A stretch of 60,657 nt of DNA, filler included, from Nemertoderma westbladi (GCA_032718475.1; 3 parts of 3 records of this genome joined end to end with filler, not necessarily neighbours in it), one strand, 5' to 3'. Positions 1 to 13,007 are shown, numbered from the whole stretch's first letter. A program made the numbers and translations. Notes: generated by a model from the sequence alone, not told the origin.

Positions 1-225
1 AATGGATCCACTTTTGCTTGTATATTACTATGTTGTACTGTATAGCCACTGTACAGTATGTTATGAATAACAGCTACAGTAGGAAGCAATTAACTACTTT
101 TGGTTTCTTGTGTTATGTGAGGTCCTTACAAATTATGTATGCATTCATGATCTTATTACTTGATTTTATTACAAGAATCGAGGTTATAATGGAATGATTG
201 TCCTTAACTTACCTTACCAATTATA

Positions 226-1275
226 TTAATCATCATTGTCAGCCATCCAGATTTTCATCTCTATGATTATCAGTGGAAATTTTGGACTTTTCCATGAACC
301 CCAATAAGGTCCGGTTACCCTTGCAGAGATCGAGTGGTTTGCATCAATTTCCATACGCATGCACCATGCAAGGTCGTCTGAAGGGCAGAGATAACCAGTG
401 TTGAGGTTTGCCAAAGTACATCCGCGGTACCACCATCCACCAACGTGTCTCAAAGCGCAGTTACATCCCAAAGGTACACATTCGCGATGTCTATGACATT
501 CATCGGCATTGGAAATACATTGGTCGTTATCGTTGTCGAATGTTGAGAATGGATATCCGTTCACATCGGCGAGGCTGTTATCTCCAAACAAATCGTACCC
601 ATTGTGACCTTTATAATTTATACTATCCCCTATATCCCCAATAAAATTATCTGCTTGGAGAGCATAATTTGTAGCAGCATTGCCTAGGCTGAAATTATGA
701 TATATACCATAACCTTGAATAGTATTATATGGATCTCTTTCAATTTCATTATCTTCAGAGGACCAAGTTAAATCTATCCGCAATTGAACCCCACCTCTGC
801 TGAGCTTACTTATTGACTCCAATCCGAGCCAGAAACTGCCTTCGTCGATATCGCCAAACCCGATGGTGTAGTTAACCCAATTGCGATAAAAATCGATATT
901 CTTCAACAAATAATTATCCCTCAGTTTTTTCTGAGCTTCATCTCCTTGCCCTAAGGTATTCCACTCCATCCAATCTCTCCCCTTTTCTTGTCGTCGTTGA
1001 ATCAGCAACCACTTTCCGCCGCTGTTTTGCTCACACATTACCTTGCCTTTCAGGCCGTAATATCTGTTACTTTCTGCTTTCTGAATATATTCTCCCCCTG
1101 GTCTGGAACAGGGCCGATGGCGTTCTCTAAATAGGGCCACCATGTCATGTAAATAATTCAAATTAGTTTTATTATAAAGTCGATCTAGTAAGCATGTATT
1201 ATTATCATTATTACACTCGTAGTCTTCCATGAATGTTAATTCGTAAAATAAATCCTGCAGAGGAGTCCTGATATC
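226..1275 (-). CDS. Fibrinogen-related domain (FReD) secreted protein, exon 2 (terminal)
   Basis: FBG motifs: VMCEQ..GGKWLLIQRR, DFYRNWVNYTIGFGD..GSFWLGLE, QLRIDL, FSTFDNDND, NCA..GGWWY..C..ANLN. Acceptor ttttaaag|GATATC extends the ORF in frame to 1275 (phase 0). Confidence 0.92.
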   Translation of the reverse strand, partial: DIRTPLQDLFYELTFMEDYECNNDNNTCLLDRLYNKTNLNYLHDMVALFRERHRPCSRPGGEYIQKAESNRYYGLKGKVMCEQNSGGKWLLIQRRQEKGRDWMEWNTLGQGDEAQKKLRDNYLLKNIDFYRNWVNYTIGFGDIDEGSFWLGLESISKLSRGGVQLRIDLTWSSEDNEIERDPYNTIQGYGIYHNFSLGNAATNYALQADNFIGDIGDSINYKGHNGYDLFGDNSLADVNGYPFSTFDNDNDQCISNADECHRHRECVPLGCNCALRHVGGWWYRGCTLANLNTGYLCPSDDLAWCMRMEIDANHSISARVTGPYWGSWKSPKFPLIIIEMKIWMADNDD

Positions 1276-1524
1276 CTTTAAAATAAAAAATTAAATTAAT
1301 ACTTTAGAATGGGTATTAAAGTTATCATACAGTAGCATACAATTGTACGTACAGTATACAGTAGTATGGATGTGGGTGCGTGCGTGCATACCCCCCCCCC
1401 CCCCACACTCCCCTTCAGCCCCAAGGCCACGGCGATAGTATAAGCCTACTCAGAGAGGCAACCTATCCTTTAGCTGTGTATAATTACAGTATATATAGTA
1501 TAATTCAAATGCCTTACTACTTAC

Positions 1525-1596
1525 CTCGGTTGAAAATATTGTGTGGAATAGATTGTGAATAGAAAATATAAGTAACAAAATCTGAAGCGTGTCCAT
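1525..1596 (-). CDS. FReD gene exon 1, signal peptide (MDTLQILLLIFSIHNLFHTIFSTE)
   Basis: ATG at 1596, 24 codons, hydrophobic, ends at donor GAG|gtaagt in phase 0, matching the exon 2 acceptor. Confidence 0.8.
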
Positions 1597-1669
1597 ACTG
1601 TAGTTTATTATGATACAGGTAGGCTACTGTAACCAAATAGCGACGGCACTGAAGCGTTGAGTTCACATC

Positions 1670-4600
1670 GGCACTAAAAGGTTCCAATTCATACATGGGC
1701 ACTAAAAGGTTCACATTTATACATGGGCACTAAAAGGTTCCAATTCATACATGGGCACTAAAAGTTCACATTGGCACTAAAAGGTTCAAATTCATACAAA
1801 GGCACTAAATGTTTACATTAGAGCACTAAAAGGTTCAAATTCATACAAAGGCACTAAAAGTTTAGATTGGCACTAAAAGGTCCCAATTCATACAAAGGCA
1901 CTAAAAGTTTACATTGGCACTAAAAGGTCCCAATTCATACAAAGGCACTAAAAGTTTACATTGGCACTAAAAGTTTCCTATTCATTCATGGGCACTAAAA
2001 GTTCACATTGGCACTAAAAGGTTCAAATTCATACAAAGGCACTAAAAGTTTACATTGGCACTAAAAGGTCCCAATTCATACATGGGCACTAAAATGTTCC
2101 AATTTATACATGGCCACTAAAAGGTTCAAATTCATACAAAGGCACTAAAAGTTTACATTGGCACTAAAAGTTTCCTATTCATACATGGGCACTAAAAGGT
2201 CCCAATTCATACAAAGGCGCTAAAAGTTTACATTGGCACTAAAAGGTCCCAATTCGGAGCCCCTAAAGGGACATTTGTGAAGAGATATATTTTTTTTTAG
2301 TAACACGTACGAACGTGTTACCTAACACGTTCGCACGTGATACTAACACGTTCGCGCATGATACTAACACGTTCGCACGTGATACTAACACGTTCGCACG
2401 TGTTACCTAACACGTTCGAACGTGTTAGTATCACGTGCGAACGTGGTACTAAAAAAAAATATATCTTCACAAATGTCCCTTTAGGGGCTCCGTACAATTC
2501 ATACAAAGGCACTAAAAGTTTATATTGGCACTAAAAGGTTCAAATTCATACAAAGGCACTAAAAGTTTACATTGGCACTAAAAGGTCCCAATTCATACAA
2601 AGGCACTAAAAGTTCACATTGGCACTAAAAGGTTCAAATTCATACAAAGGCACTAAAAGTTTACATGGGCACTAAAAGTTTCCTATTCATACATGGGCAC
2701 TAAAAGTTCACATTGGCACTAAAAGGTTCAAATTCATACAAAGGCACTAAAAGTTTACATTGGCACTAAAAGGTCCCAATTCATACATGGGCACTAAAAT
2801 GTTCCAATTCATACATGGCCACTAAAAGGTTCAAATTCATACAAAGGCACTAAAAGTTTACATTGGCACTAAAAGTTTCCTATTCATACATGGGCACAAA
2901 AGTTCACATTGGCACTAAAAGGTTCCAATTCATACATGGGCACTAAAAGGTTCACATTCATACATGGCCACTAAAAGGTTCAAATTCATACAAAGGCACT
3001 AAAAGTTTACATTGGCACTAAAAGTTTACATTGGCACTAAAAGGTCCCAATTCATACATGGGCACTAAAATGTTCCAATTCATACATGGCCACTAAAAGG
3101 TTCAAATTCATACAAAGGCACTAAAAGTTTACATTGGCACTAAAAGGTCCCAATTCATACATGGGCACTAAAATGTTCCAATTCATACATGGCCACTAAA
3201 AGGTTCAAATTCATACAAAGGCACTAAAAGTTTACATTGGCACTAAAAGTTTCCTATTCATACATGGGCACAAAAGTTCACATTGGCACTAAAAGGTTCA
3301 AATTCATACAAAGGCACTAAAAGTTTACATTGGCTCTAAAAGGTCCCAATTCATACATGGGCACTAAAATGTTCCAATTCATACATGGCCACTAAAAGGT
3401 TCAAATTCATACAAAGGCACTAAAAGTTTACATTGGCACTAAAAGTTTCCCATTCATACATGGGCACTATAAGTTCACATTGGCACTAAAAGGTTCAAAT
3501 TCATACAAAGGCACTAAAAGTTTACATTGGCACTAAAAGGTCCCAATTCATACATGGGCACTAAAATGTTCCAATTCATACATGGCCACTAAAAGGTTCA
3601 AATTCATACAAAGGCACTAAAAGTTTACATTGGCACTAAAAGTTTCCTATTCATACATGGGCACAAAAGTTCACATTGGCACTAAAAGGTTCAAATTCAT
3701 ACATGGGCACTAAAAGGTTCAGATTCATACATGGCCACTAAAAGGGTCAAATTCATACAAAGGCACTAAAAGTTTACATTGGCACTAAAAGGTCCCAATT
3801 CATACATAGGCACTAAAAGTTCACATTGGCACTAAAAGGTTCAAATTCATACATGGCCACTAAAAGGTTCACATTCATACAAAGGCACTAAAAGTTTACA
3901 TTGGCACTAAAAGTTTCCCATTCATACATGGGCACTAAAAGTTCACATTGGCACTAAAAGGTTCACATTCATACATGGCCACTAAAAGGTTCAAATTCAT
4001 ACAAAGGCACTAAAAGTTTACATTGGCACTAAAAGTTTACATTGGCACTAAAAGGTCCCAATTCATACATGGGCACTAAAATGTTCCAATTCATACATGG
4101 CCACTAAAAGGTTCAAATTCATACAAAGGCACTAAAAGTTTACATTGGCACTAAAAGTTTCCCATTCATACATGGGCACTAAAAGTTCACATTGGCACTA
4201 AAAGGTTCAAATTCATACATGGCCACTAAAAGGTTCAAATTCATACAAAGGCACTAAAAGTTTACATTGGCACTAAAAGTTTCCCATTCATACATGGGCA
4301 CTAAAAGTTCACATTGGCACTAAAAGGTTCACATTCATACATGGCCACTAAAAGGTTCAAATTCATACAAAGGCACTAAAAGTTTACATTGGCACTAAAA
4401 GTTTCCCATTCATACATGGGCACTAAAAGTTCACATTGGCACTAAAAGGTTCACATTCATACATGGCCACTAAAAGGTTCAAATTCATACAAAGGCACTA
4501 AAAGTTTACATTGGCACTAAAAGTTTCCCATTCATACATGGGCACTAAAAGTTCACATTGGCACTAAAAGGTTCAAATTCATACAAAGGCTCTAAAAGTT

Positions 4601-5690
4601 TACATTGGCACTAAAAGGTTCACATTCATGCATGGCCACTAAAAGGTTCAAAGTCATACAAAGGCACTAAAAGTTTACATTGGCACTAAAAGTTTCCCAT
4701 TCATACATGGGCACTAAAAGTTCACATTGGCACTAAAATGTTCAAATTCATACAAAGGCACTAAAAGTTTACATTGGCACTAAAAGGTCCCAATTCATAC
4801 ATGGGCACTAAAATGTTCCAATCCATACATGGCCACTAAAAGGTTCAAATTCATACAAAGGCGCTAAAAGTTTACATTGGCACTAAAAGTTTCCTATTCA
4901 TACATAGGCACAAAAGTTCACATTGGCACTAAAAGGTTCCAATTCATACATGGGCACTAAAAGGTTCACATTCATACATGGCCACTAAAAGGTTCAAATT
5001 CATACAAAGGCACTAAAAGTTTACATTGGCACTAAAAGTTTCCTATTCATACATGGGCACTAAAAGTTCACATTGGCACTAAAAGGTTCAAATTCATACA
5101 AAGGCACTAAAAGTTTACATTGGCACTAAAAGTTTCCAATTCATACATGGGCACGAAAAGTTTACATTAGAGCACTAAAAGGTTCCAATTCATACATGGG
5201 CACTAAAATGTTCCAATTCATACAAAGGCACTAAAAGTTTACATTGGCACTAAAAGTTTCCAATTCATACATGGGGACTAAAAGTTTACATTAGAGCACT
5301 AAAAGGTTCCAATTCATACATGGGCACGAAAAGTTTACATTAGAGCACTAAAAGGTCCCAATTCATACATGGGCACTAAAATGTTCCAATTCATACATGG
5401 CCACTAAAAGGTTCAAATTCATACAAAGGCACTAAAAGTTTACATTGGCACTAAAAGTTTCCAATTCATACATGGGGACTAAAAGTTTACATTAGAGCAC
5501 TAATAGGTTCCAATTCATACATGAGCACTAAAAGGTTCCAATTCATACATTGGCACGAAAAGTTTACATTAGAGCACTAAAAGGTTCCAATTCATACATG
5601 GGCATTAAAATGTTCCAATTCATACATGGGCACTAAAAGGTTCCAACTCATACTTGGGCACTAAAAGGTTCCAATTCATACATGGGCACG
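1670..5690. repeat. Satellite array of mixed 19-20 bp and 28 bp units (ggcactaaaag core)
   Basis: About 4 kb of ggcactaaaagtttacatt / ggcactaaaaggttccaattcatacatg variants. Confidence 0.97.
2255..2494. mobile_element. MITE inserted into the satellite, with internal ~21 bp repeats
   Basis: TIRs cggagcccctaaagggacatttgtgaaga / tcttcacaaatgtccctttaggggctccg(ta); caat(t) on both sides; internal taacacgttcgcacgtga repeats. Confidence 0.85.
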
Positions 5691-5762
5691 AAAAGAGTCC
5701 ATTTCATACATGGATGGACACTGAATGTTCACATTAGTAGGCTACTACTGTATATGGACACC

Positions 5763-7075
5763 GAAAAGCCACCGCCAATTTGGAATAAAAGTCAACTAAA
5801 GCCTCTCCCCAAGAAAGGAGACCTCGGTATACCAACAAACTATCGTGGGATCTGTCTGCTTGTGGTGGCTGCCAAAATATACAATAAAATGATTCTATAT
5901 AGGATTAGGCCTCACATAGAGAAACTACTGCGTAAGAGCCAAAACGGATTTCGACCAAATAGATCAACAATAGCTCAGATACTTGCGATACGGAAACTGA
6001 TAGACGGAATTGTCAAATATTCTCCCCGCCATCCTGACATTTGTGGACTTCAAGAAAGTATTCGACTCCATCCATAGATTTAAAATTCTGGAAATCCTAA
6101 GAGCTTACGTAGGCCTAATACCAGAAGTAATTGTCGCTGGCACAAGAGTTCTTCTGAAAAATAATGAGTTCTTCTTAATCCTGGCTGGTGACTGCAAGGT
6201 GACACATTGGTGCCATTACTAGTCGTAATTGTACTGAATTAGGGGCCTACGCAATACGCGGGCGGACGGCCACAAAGGGGGAAGATCTGGGATTCAGATT
6301 AAAAGATCGCAGAACTAGCAGATATCCGGCAACTACAGTCACAGACGCCGACTTTGCGGATGACATCGCCCTGCTCTCTAATACGCTAGCAGATGCACAG
6401 CTTCTACTAAATAAAGTGGAGAGGGCTGCTAAGGAGGTTGGATTGCATATAAAGGCAACTAAGACCGAATTCATGACCTTTAATGTTGATGGAAACTTGA
6501 CAACCATTGATAATAATCAACTAAGGAAGGTCGACGACTTCCAGTACCTTGGATCATGGATAGAGAGTAGCAAAAAAGACATAGAAGTTAGGAAAGCAAA
6601 GGCTTGGGTAGCTCTATGAAAAATGGATACCATCTGTAAATCAGACCTTTCCAGGCACCTGAAGACTAAGTTCTTTCGAGCCACAGTGGAAAGTGTACTT
6701 TTATATCGGTGTGAGACCTGGACACTGACTAAATCAATTGAACAACGAATTGATGGTTGTTACACGAGACTACGAAGGGCAGCCCTAAACATCAGCTATA
6801 GACAACACATGCAACCACTCTCCGTAAACGCTTAGAGAAGTAAACATGAGGACATACCAGATCTAATTTTCTGACAAACCAAGCTCAAGCAAGCTGTAGC
6901 TCTGGACGACCGGTTATGACATACAGTAGGCCTACAGTATATACTGCAGGCCAACTTGAAAGGGATACTGGACTTGAGAGAAACGAAATTACGCCAATCT
7001 TCCCGATTGGGTGGATCTCATTTCCACTGTCCGAGGTCGCTCGACCTTCTTTAGTAGTAGAAGTAGTCTAGTAGT
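5763..7075 (+). mobile_element. 5'-truncated, frameshifted RTE-like LINE (reverse transcriptase to 3' end)
   Basis: PLPKKGDL..NYRGICLL, QNGFRPNRST, FVDFKKVFDSIHR, DFADDIAL, DFQYLGSWI, FRATVESVLLY; ends in a (TAG)n-like tail. Confidence 0.92.
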
Positions 7076-7849
7076 CTGGGTAGATATTACGATTTCCAGC
7101 GAAGGATGGTAATGTTAAGAACGGTATACACAATACAGTTCACTTAAATACTTATTTGTACTGTAGAATTCTGACAATCTGTTACATTTCCCCAAAAGCG
7201 TTTCGTTAGGAATTCTGTAAAATTGTTGTATCCTATAAATTAATGTTATGCCCACTGCAGTGTATTGTTGTGTACTGTAGTGGAGTGTACTACTGTAGGC
7301 CTAGTTGCAGTAAGTGTATAAAATGGACTTCCTCGTAAAATCCGTTGAGCAATAAATAATTCTGCGGAATGTCAATATAGTTAAAACTCGCGAATTTTTT
7401 GTCAAAAATAAGCTGCTGTTTAATTTAAAAAAATGGCCATTAGTTATAAGTTCTTTCTGGAGCCATTTTCTTTTGTCTTCATTAAGGGGGGGTACCCCAT
7501 GGAATACTAAATATAGATACATCTACAGATAATAATGAGATTTGGTTGAAAATGGCGGATGAGTAGTGTTTAAAAATGAAAAATCTCATTCTGAGATAAT
7601 TACATTAAAAGTTTGAACATTCCCGCACAAAAATTGGTACGCCATCTAGCTAAAAGTTTAGTTACTTAGTCACACGGACAGACAGCCATATCTCAAAGTA
7701 AGATAGATCTTGATAAACGGTTTTCAAATTTGGAATCTTGATAAAAATCTACAATAAAGATTAAATAATAAAAACAATTATGTAAAAAGGTGGTTGGTTG
7801 GATTTTCCTCCCTATAAGATGCAGGTTTATTGATTGCCATGCCTGGGCT

Positions 7850-9385
7850 GATTGCCTGCTATCGTCAGCATAGTTAAATAGCATCAACCTGTTTATTGAA
7901 AAGCTCCTTCAGATTTATCAGAGTACTGCCTGTTAAGGGACCTACTGTAGATGCAGCCCATCAACCGATCAGATCAGGTCAGGTATTCTGGGTCATTCAC
8001 ACATAAAACTTGCCACCTCATTGTTTTGTCCCATTTGTAACTATAAAACTACCAGAAGTACACCTACCCCATGATACAGTAAGAGTTCGAAAGCGATACC
8101 ATTACCTGAGAAAAGGCGATACCATTACCTGAGAAATGGCGATACCATTACTTGAGAAAAGGCTTTTGGGGAATCAATAGCACAAATGTAAACAACTGGC
8201 CTGTCGTTAAGGAAATTGTGTAGTACTGTATGGTTTCTTTTAAATTGTATGCCCATACACCCATGCCCATGTCCCAGAATATAGTGTCGTAATTCAGTGA
8301 CACGCCCCCCCCCCCCCCCCCCCCCCCCCCTAATTTTTCTACAAATCTTAATGAGATTGCATGAAATTTAAAACATAGAAGGTTTCACCTCCCGACCACT
8401 GACTGGGTGAGCCAGAATTTTTATTTTTGCTTTCAAGCTTTAGCTACAAACGTTTAAAAAAAGTGTCTCCAGCGATATTACACCAGTTACACCGCAGTTA
8501 TTCTTCTACCTTATAGCTGTTTGTTGGTACCAATGGAAAGCTGGTCATGTAAGGCTTCCAAATATGTAACACAATTTGAATTTCGTTGAAAAATAGCTGA
8601 GATATGAGCGTTCGAATGTTGCATGGTTTTGCAACGACGCGAGGCTATTTTATTCTATTAATAAATAAACCATATTCTGGAACATTTTTTAAATGTATGA
8701 ATAGCTACGTAATAGTATGATTAAAGATGTAATGCATTGTTGCCCAGCTACGTATTTGAATAAACAAAATATTCCAGATTATGATGAATTTATTAAATAG
8801 AATAAAATAGCCTCGCATCGGTGCATACCCATGCAAAATTTGAACGCCCATATCTCCGCTATTTTTCAACGAAATTCAAATTGTGTTACATATTTGGAAT
8901 CCTTGTACGGTCAGCTTTCTATAAGTACCAACAAATCACTATAAGGTTGAAGAATAACTGCGGTGTATCTGGTGTAATATCGCTGGAGACACTTTTTTTA
9001 AACGCATGTAGCTAAAGATTGAAAGCAAAAATAAAAATTCTGGCCCACCCAGTCAGTGGTCGGGAGGTGAAACTATCTCTGTTTCAAATTTCATGCAATC
9101 TCATTAAGATTTGTAAAAAAAATTAGGGGGGGGGGGGGGGGCGTGTCACTGAATTACGACACTATATTCTGGGACATGGTGTAATTATGTGCCTAACTTA
9201 TTTTTGAAGCCAAATTGTGAATCGGAAGTGCTTAGTTTTGCGCCAAAACTGTCAAGATAAATTAGTTCTAGAATTTTACTACTAATTGTTGCGATAGCAA
9301 TACCCCTACAATAATTGTCAAAATTTGTAATGTCGTCGTTCTTATCCTTCACAAAGGGCAGGATATTGTAACGCACGAGATTGTC
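7850..9385 (-). mobile_element. Decayed non-LTR retrotransposon RT (L2/Daphne-like), split by a foldback element
   Basis: Minus-strand fragments in RT order: PFVKDKNDD..NY.RGIAIA..SKILE..SQFGFK (9185-9385), VYICAIDSPKAF (~8160-8195), SFIVTNGTKQ, NYADD (~7860-7880). Confidence 0.75.
8267..9179. mobile_element. Foldback/palindromic non-autonomous DNA element (~0.9 kb)
   Basis: ccatgtcccagaatatagtgtcgtaattcagtgacacgc(C)n is mirrored by (G)ngcgtgtcactgaattacgacactatattctgggacatgg; complementarity continues about 430 bp inward. Confidence 0.92.
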
Positions 9386-9619
9386 ACTCAAATAGACATC
9401 GTACCGCTGGGTTTCCCAAGCACTACGTTAATCAGGAGGAAATTGTGACACTTAATTAAAATCTGTATTTATTGTGTAAATATAAAACGAAATATATCAA
9501 TCCGGCTAGTAAAGCAAAATCAAAAAGGATATATTTTTTATATTTAATAATAGGGCGGATAAGGAAATTGATAATAATCTAAAAATATTTTGTATCTACT
9601 TTTTATTTGAAACTTTTTT

Positions 9620-9850
9620 GGGTAGGTGTAAAACGCGGATTCGGATCCGGATTCCAAAATTATCAATTAAGGGAAAGGAGCAGGTTACAGTAGCACGTTA
9701 TTTTAACCAAAACAATTAACTAAAGTCAATAGAACAGGTTATAGTTTTATTTTTGGGAGTTATAAAAATGTAAAAAAAATCGACTTCCGTAGGGACAATG
9801 TTAAATGTAGAATTCGGATCCGGATCCGGATCCGCGTTTTACTCTGACCC
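9620..9850. mobile_element. MITE with 9-bp TSD (MULE- or Merlin-like)
   Basis: TIRs ggg..gtaaaacgcggattcggatccgga / tccggatccgcgttttac..ccc; identical aactttttt at 9611-9619 and 9851-9859. Confidence 0.85.
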
Positions 9851-10036
9851 AACTTTTTTATCATAGGCTAAATATTATCCAAATATAAATACTCTATAAT
9901 CCAATTCGAAAACAGTACAAATCTTGTGGCTGTAATATGTTTACCAAGTTACCATTTCATAAAGTTAATACGGTATATATTTCCTGTTGCAATAAATTAT
10001 GTGTTGCTCCATAATGTATTTATATATACATTTCGG

Positions 10037-10403
10037 TTACTTCCCATTAGTAACTTTTCGCACTGCGCCATATTTATTACTAAGACTATTAGTTAGAGGT
10101 TTTGTGTTTCTCAGTAAGAGATCCATTTGGGAATCTCTTTTCGTTTTGTATTTGTTCCCCTTTATTTTATAGGGAACGGAGATCTTTCCTGAGGAACCAG
10201 AATTCGCAATGTTTTTGGAGACTTCGTATTTAAACTTCCCGCCTTTTTTGGCCCGTAGACCGGTGTTCTTTCCAATACCAAATTTCCTCTTTAGAGTTGC
10301 GAATCTTGTTTTCGGCTTTTTGATCTCCTCCGTGTCTGACTCACAATCATCGACTTCTTCTTTCTCCTTCCCAATCGATTTTTGATCTGATGGCATTCCG
10401 TAT
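10037..10403 (-). CDS. Terminal exon of a minus-strand gene, probably the Sushi gene (Lys-rich tail)
   Basis: Acceptor tttttatag|A TAC GGA ATG (phase 2) matches the upstream donor phase; open frame to TAA at 10037. Confidence 0.7.
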
Positions 10404-11008
10404 CTATAAAATATAATGAATGATATTTTCTTTTTCTTTTGTATCTTCTATTTTCTTTACATAGGTACGGTGTGAAGCTTATATTATAAAGTAATCTACA
10501 AATGCCGCTTTTTAAACATAGATATCGTGCCTCAAACGCTACGCCCGAAAATTGTGTTGCCTCGAAGATGGCACTCCACAAACAAAATCATATGAATCCG
10601 CTTGGCAAAATTGGTCATTTGTTTGTGGGGCATTGTTGTTATGCGATTTGGTGATCTTGATGAAAAGATGGACTTGCAAATGTTCCATATCTTTGGCGTT
10701 CAAAAACTGAATGTATTTTAATTTGATTGAAATATATAATATAAATATAAAAAAAGATATTATATATTTTTTTAATAAACGGGGAAATTTCGCAGCTCTC
10801 AGATAAATGAAAATATAATTCAGATCCACAAGGAGTTTCATTATTTTTAGGAGTAAAAATGCTCATTTGCTTTGTTAAATATATAGGGGGACTAATGCTT
10901 TATTTCAAGATTCATTAGGTACACCATTATGTAATCTAGAACTTTATATTACTTATATTGAGGTTACATGGTTGTGGAAAGCAAATAATTATCCATTATA
11001 AAGTTTAC

Positions 11009-11398
11009 CTTATTCCCAAATAATCGTTGAGTTGCTGTTCCTTTTCTTTCCGAACTTCAATCATCCAGGGCCATTCGAACTCCTCGGTCATCACGCTCAC
11101 GTTGGCCAACCCGACACTGTCGGAGCTCTCCGCAGTGCCGACACCGCGGTCCGTCCGCAGATCGAACCCATCCCGAACCGCCGAGGTTCCTGTCTCCCGA
11201 ACTCCGGCGATCGGTTCCTCGATGGCGGAACCCGAGCGTTCCGTGGTGGGGGCTGGAGGCGACGCGAGTTTAATAATCGGGGAGGTTTGAGTTCCGTGAC
11301 GCGATCGGCGGGAGATTACCTGGACTCCTTTATCGTGGGGCGTCTTGCCTTTCTTACGGCGTCTGTTATGTGAGACAGGGGGAACTATTGACGCAATT
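11009..11398 (-). CDS. Internal exon (IASIVPP...DYLGIR), probably the Sushi gene
   Basis: GC-rich open frame bounded by ttgaatag| and AG|gtaaac; phase 2-2, consistent with both neighbours. Confidence 0.72.
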
Positions 11399-11689
11399 CT
11401 ATTCAATTGTTACGTATTGGTTTCCAAATGTTTAAATTTGTGTTCTTCTTGCAGAACAGTTGCCAATAATTCTTCAATAAAAAACAGAATTCAATAAATT
11501 ATTATCTGTATTTTTATTAGAAGAGCGTTTAGGGCTTATTACTGTAAAAGTATTATGTATGTATTTATGTGTATATCATGTAAACTCCTCCGAAGCTTTA
11601 GCTCGTCCGTCAATGATATTATTAGACTCAATGATAGCAATGATGGCAGATGGATACTCGTATCCACTGGAAACTCGTTGCGTTCGTTC

Positions 11690-11885
11690 GTTTGTTACCA
11701 AACTTTCGATTCTTTCTAAACTTTTGCCGGACTACATACGTACCAAGTTTGGTTTAATTTCATCAAGGAATAACAGAGTTATTAGCGATCAAAAATTTAC
11801 GACGACAGACGACGACGACGACAGACAACTCGTTAATGGCACCCATATGCTAAGGCTTCGCTCACTTCGTGGCTCGCCCGACAAT
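11690..11885 (+). mobile_element. (GAC)n-containing dispersed repeat, 3' part (Helentron/HINE-like)
   Basis: gacgac tract followed by ctaaggcttcgctcacttcgtggctcgccc, the same terminal motif as copies near 49220, 49915 and 53010. Confidence 0.6.
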
Positions 11886-12051
11886 GATATTGTAACAAAA
11901 ACAATAAACGGAAGTCAATACCTTGTATTTCCAGTATAACTTTATTTAATTTGCGGAAATTGCTATTACTTGCTTAGATGTTCCCCTGGCGTGGCGAGGT
12001 TATTTCCCCGGCGGCGATATACAGTAAATATATATGATTATTATTACATAC

Positions 12052-12646
12052 TTTTGCGTCAAGAGACCCCCCTCCCCTACCCGCCTTCTGTTTGTCTCCC
12101 CTTCTTTAATTTTTTCAGAGATTTCGCCTGGGAGTTGCGAACGCTTTGGAAGGATGTAGGTAGAAGGTCCTACATGCTGCACGAACTGCTCGGGAGGCGG
12201 CGGTAAATACTGCCCGTTGTCACCTGCAGGGTGAGGCTGGATCGGGGACGGGGGCCCATCGTTCCCGAGTTGTTTCTCCAGGGTTTTAGCGAGCGCGATG
12301 CTCGTTGCGAGCCACATATCGGCGATGTTAACGTCCTTGTGGTTGTAGAGCCCCGGCTCGGACGGGTAGTAGAATAGTTCCGGTTCCGGGTGTTGGAACT
12401 CCGTTCCGAGCTCCCGCTCTCGCAACGTCCTCGCGGCCTCCAGTTCGCTCACCGTAGGCGACGGAAACCGAACGTCAGCTTCAGTATCAACCCGCGCTAC
12501 GTATTGGGCGATCCGTTTAATAAGCGCTCGAGGTTTTATAAAAGAGAAGAAACGACGTCTCTCATTGAGTAATTCGCGTTTTAAATGCTGTTTCGCTTGG
12601 TTATGACTTCGAATATCGTCGACATTCAAATAGTCAATTTCTCGTT
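12052..12646 (-). CDS. Internal exon (REIDYLNVDD...GGLLTQK), probably the Sushi gene
   Basis: 595-nt GC-rich open frame, acceptor ttttattcag|, donor AA|gtatgt (phase 1-2). Confidence 0.75.
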
Positions 12647-12681
12647 CTGAATAAAATTGATAAATATACAATAGTTATATT

Positions 12682-12839
12682 ACCTGAAGCGAATAAAACT
12701 GAGTAATCACTGATGCCGTTCCAGAAGCAAATTCACCTGTATAATTACCGAGGCCGCAGGCCGAGGTATTATATTACAGTAGGTAAATTTGCTGAACGAT
12801 AAGTCAGAAGTGATTATTACAGTTTTATTTGCTGAAGGT
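12682..12839. repeat. Imperfect ~160 bp palindrome centred on ccgaggccgcaggccgagg
   Basis: aataaaactg..aatcact..gcaaatt.acct arms are mirrored by aggtaaatttgc..agtgatt..cagttttatt. Confidence 0.7.
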
Positions 12840-13007
12840 TTTTATTTCCGTATACTGTTTTAACTCTAGAACATTGCAATATTGTGTTTATTGTCAATTT
12901 GAGCATATTGAACGTAATGGCAGCATTGCATGCGGTGAGAGCCATTTTTAGGGATCGTATTCTAATACAACACGCTTATTCAGTTTTCCCCCAGCCATTA
13001 TTCAAGC

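Noticed and set aside
10500-10870. Overlapping short minus-strand ORFs as an additional exon
   Set aside because: The acceptor I checked is not phase-compatible, and the flanking exons already join in frame.
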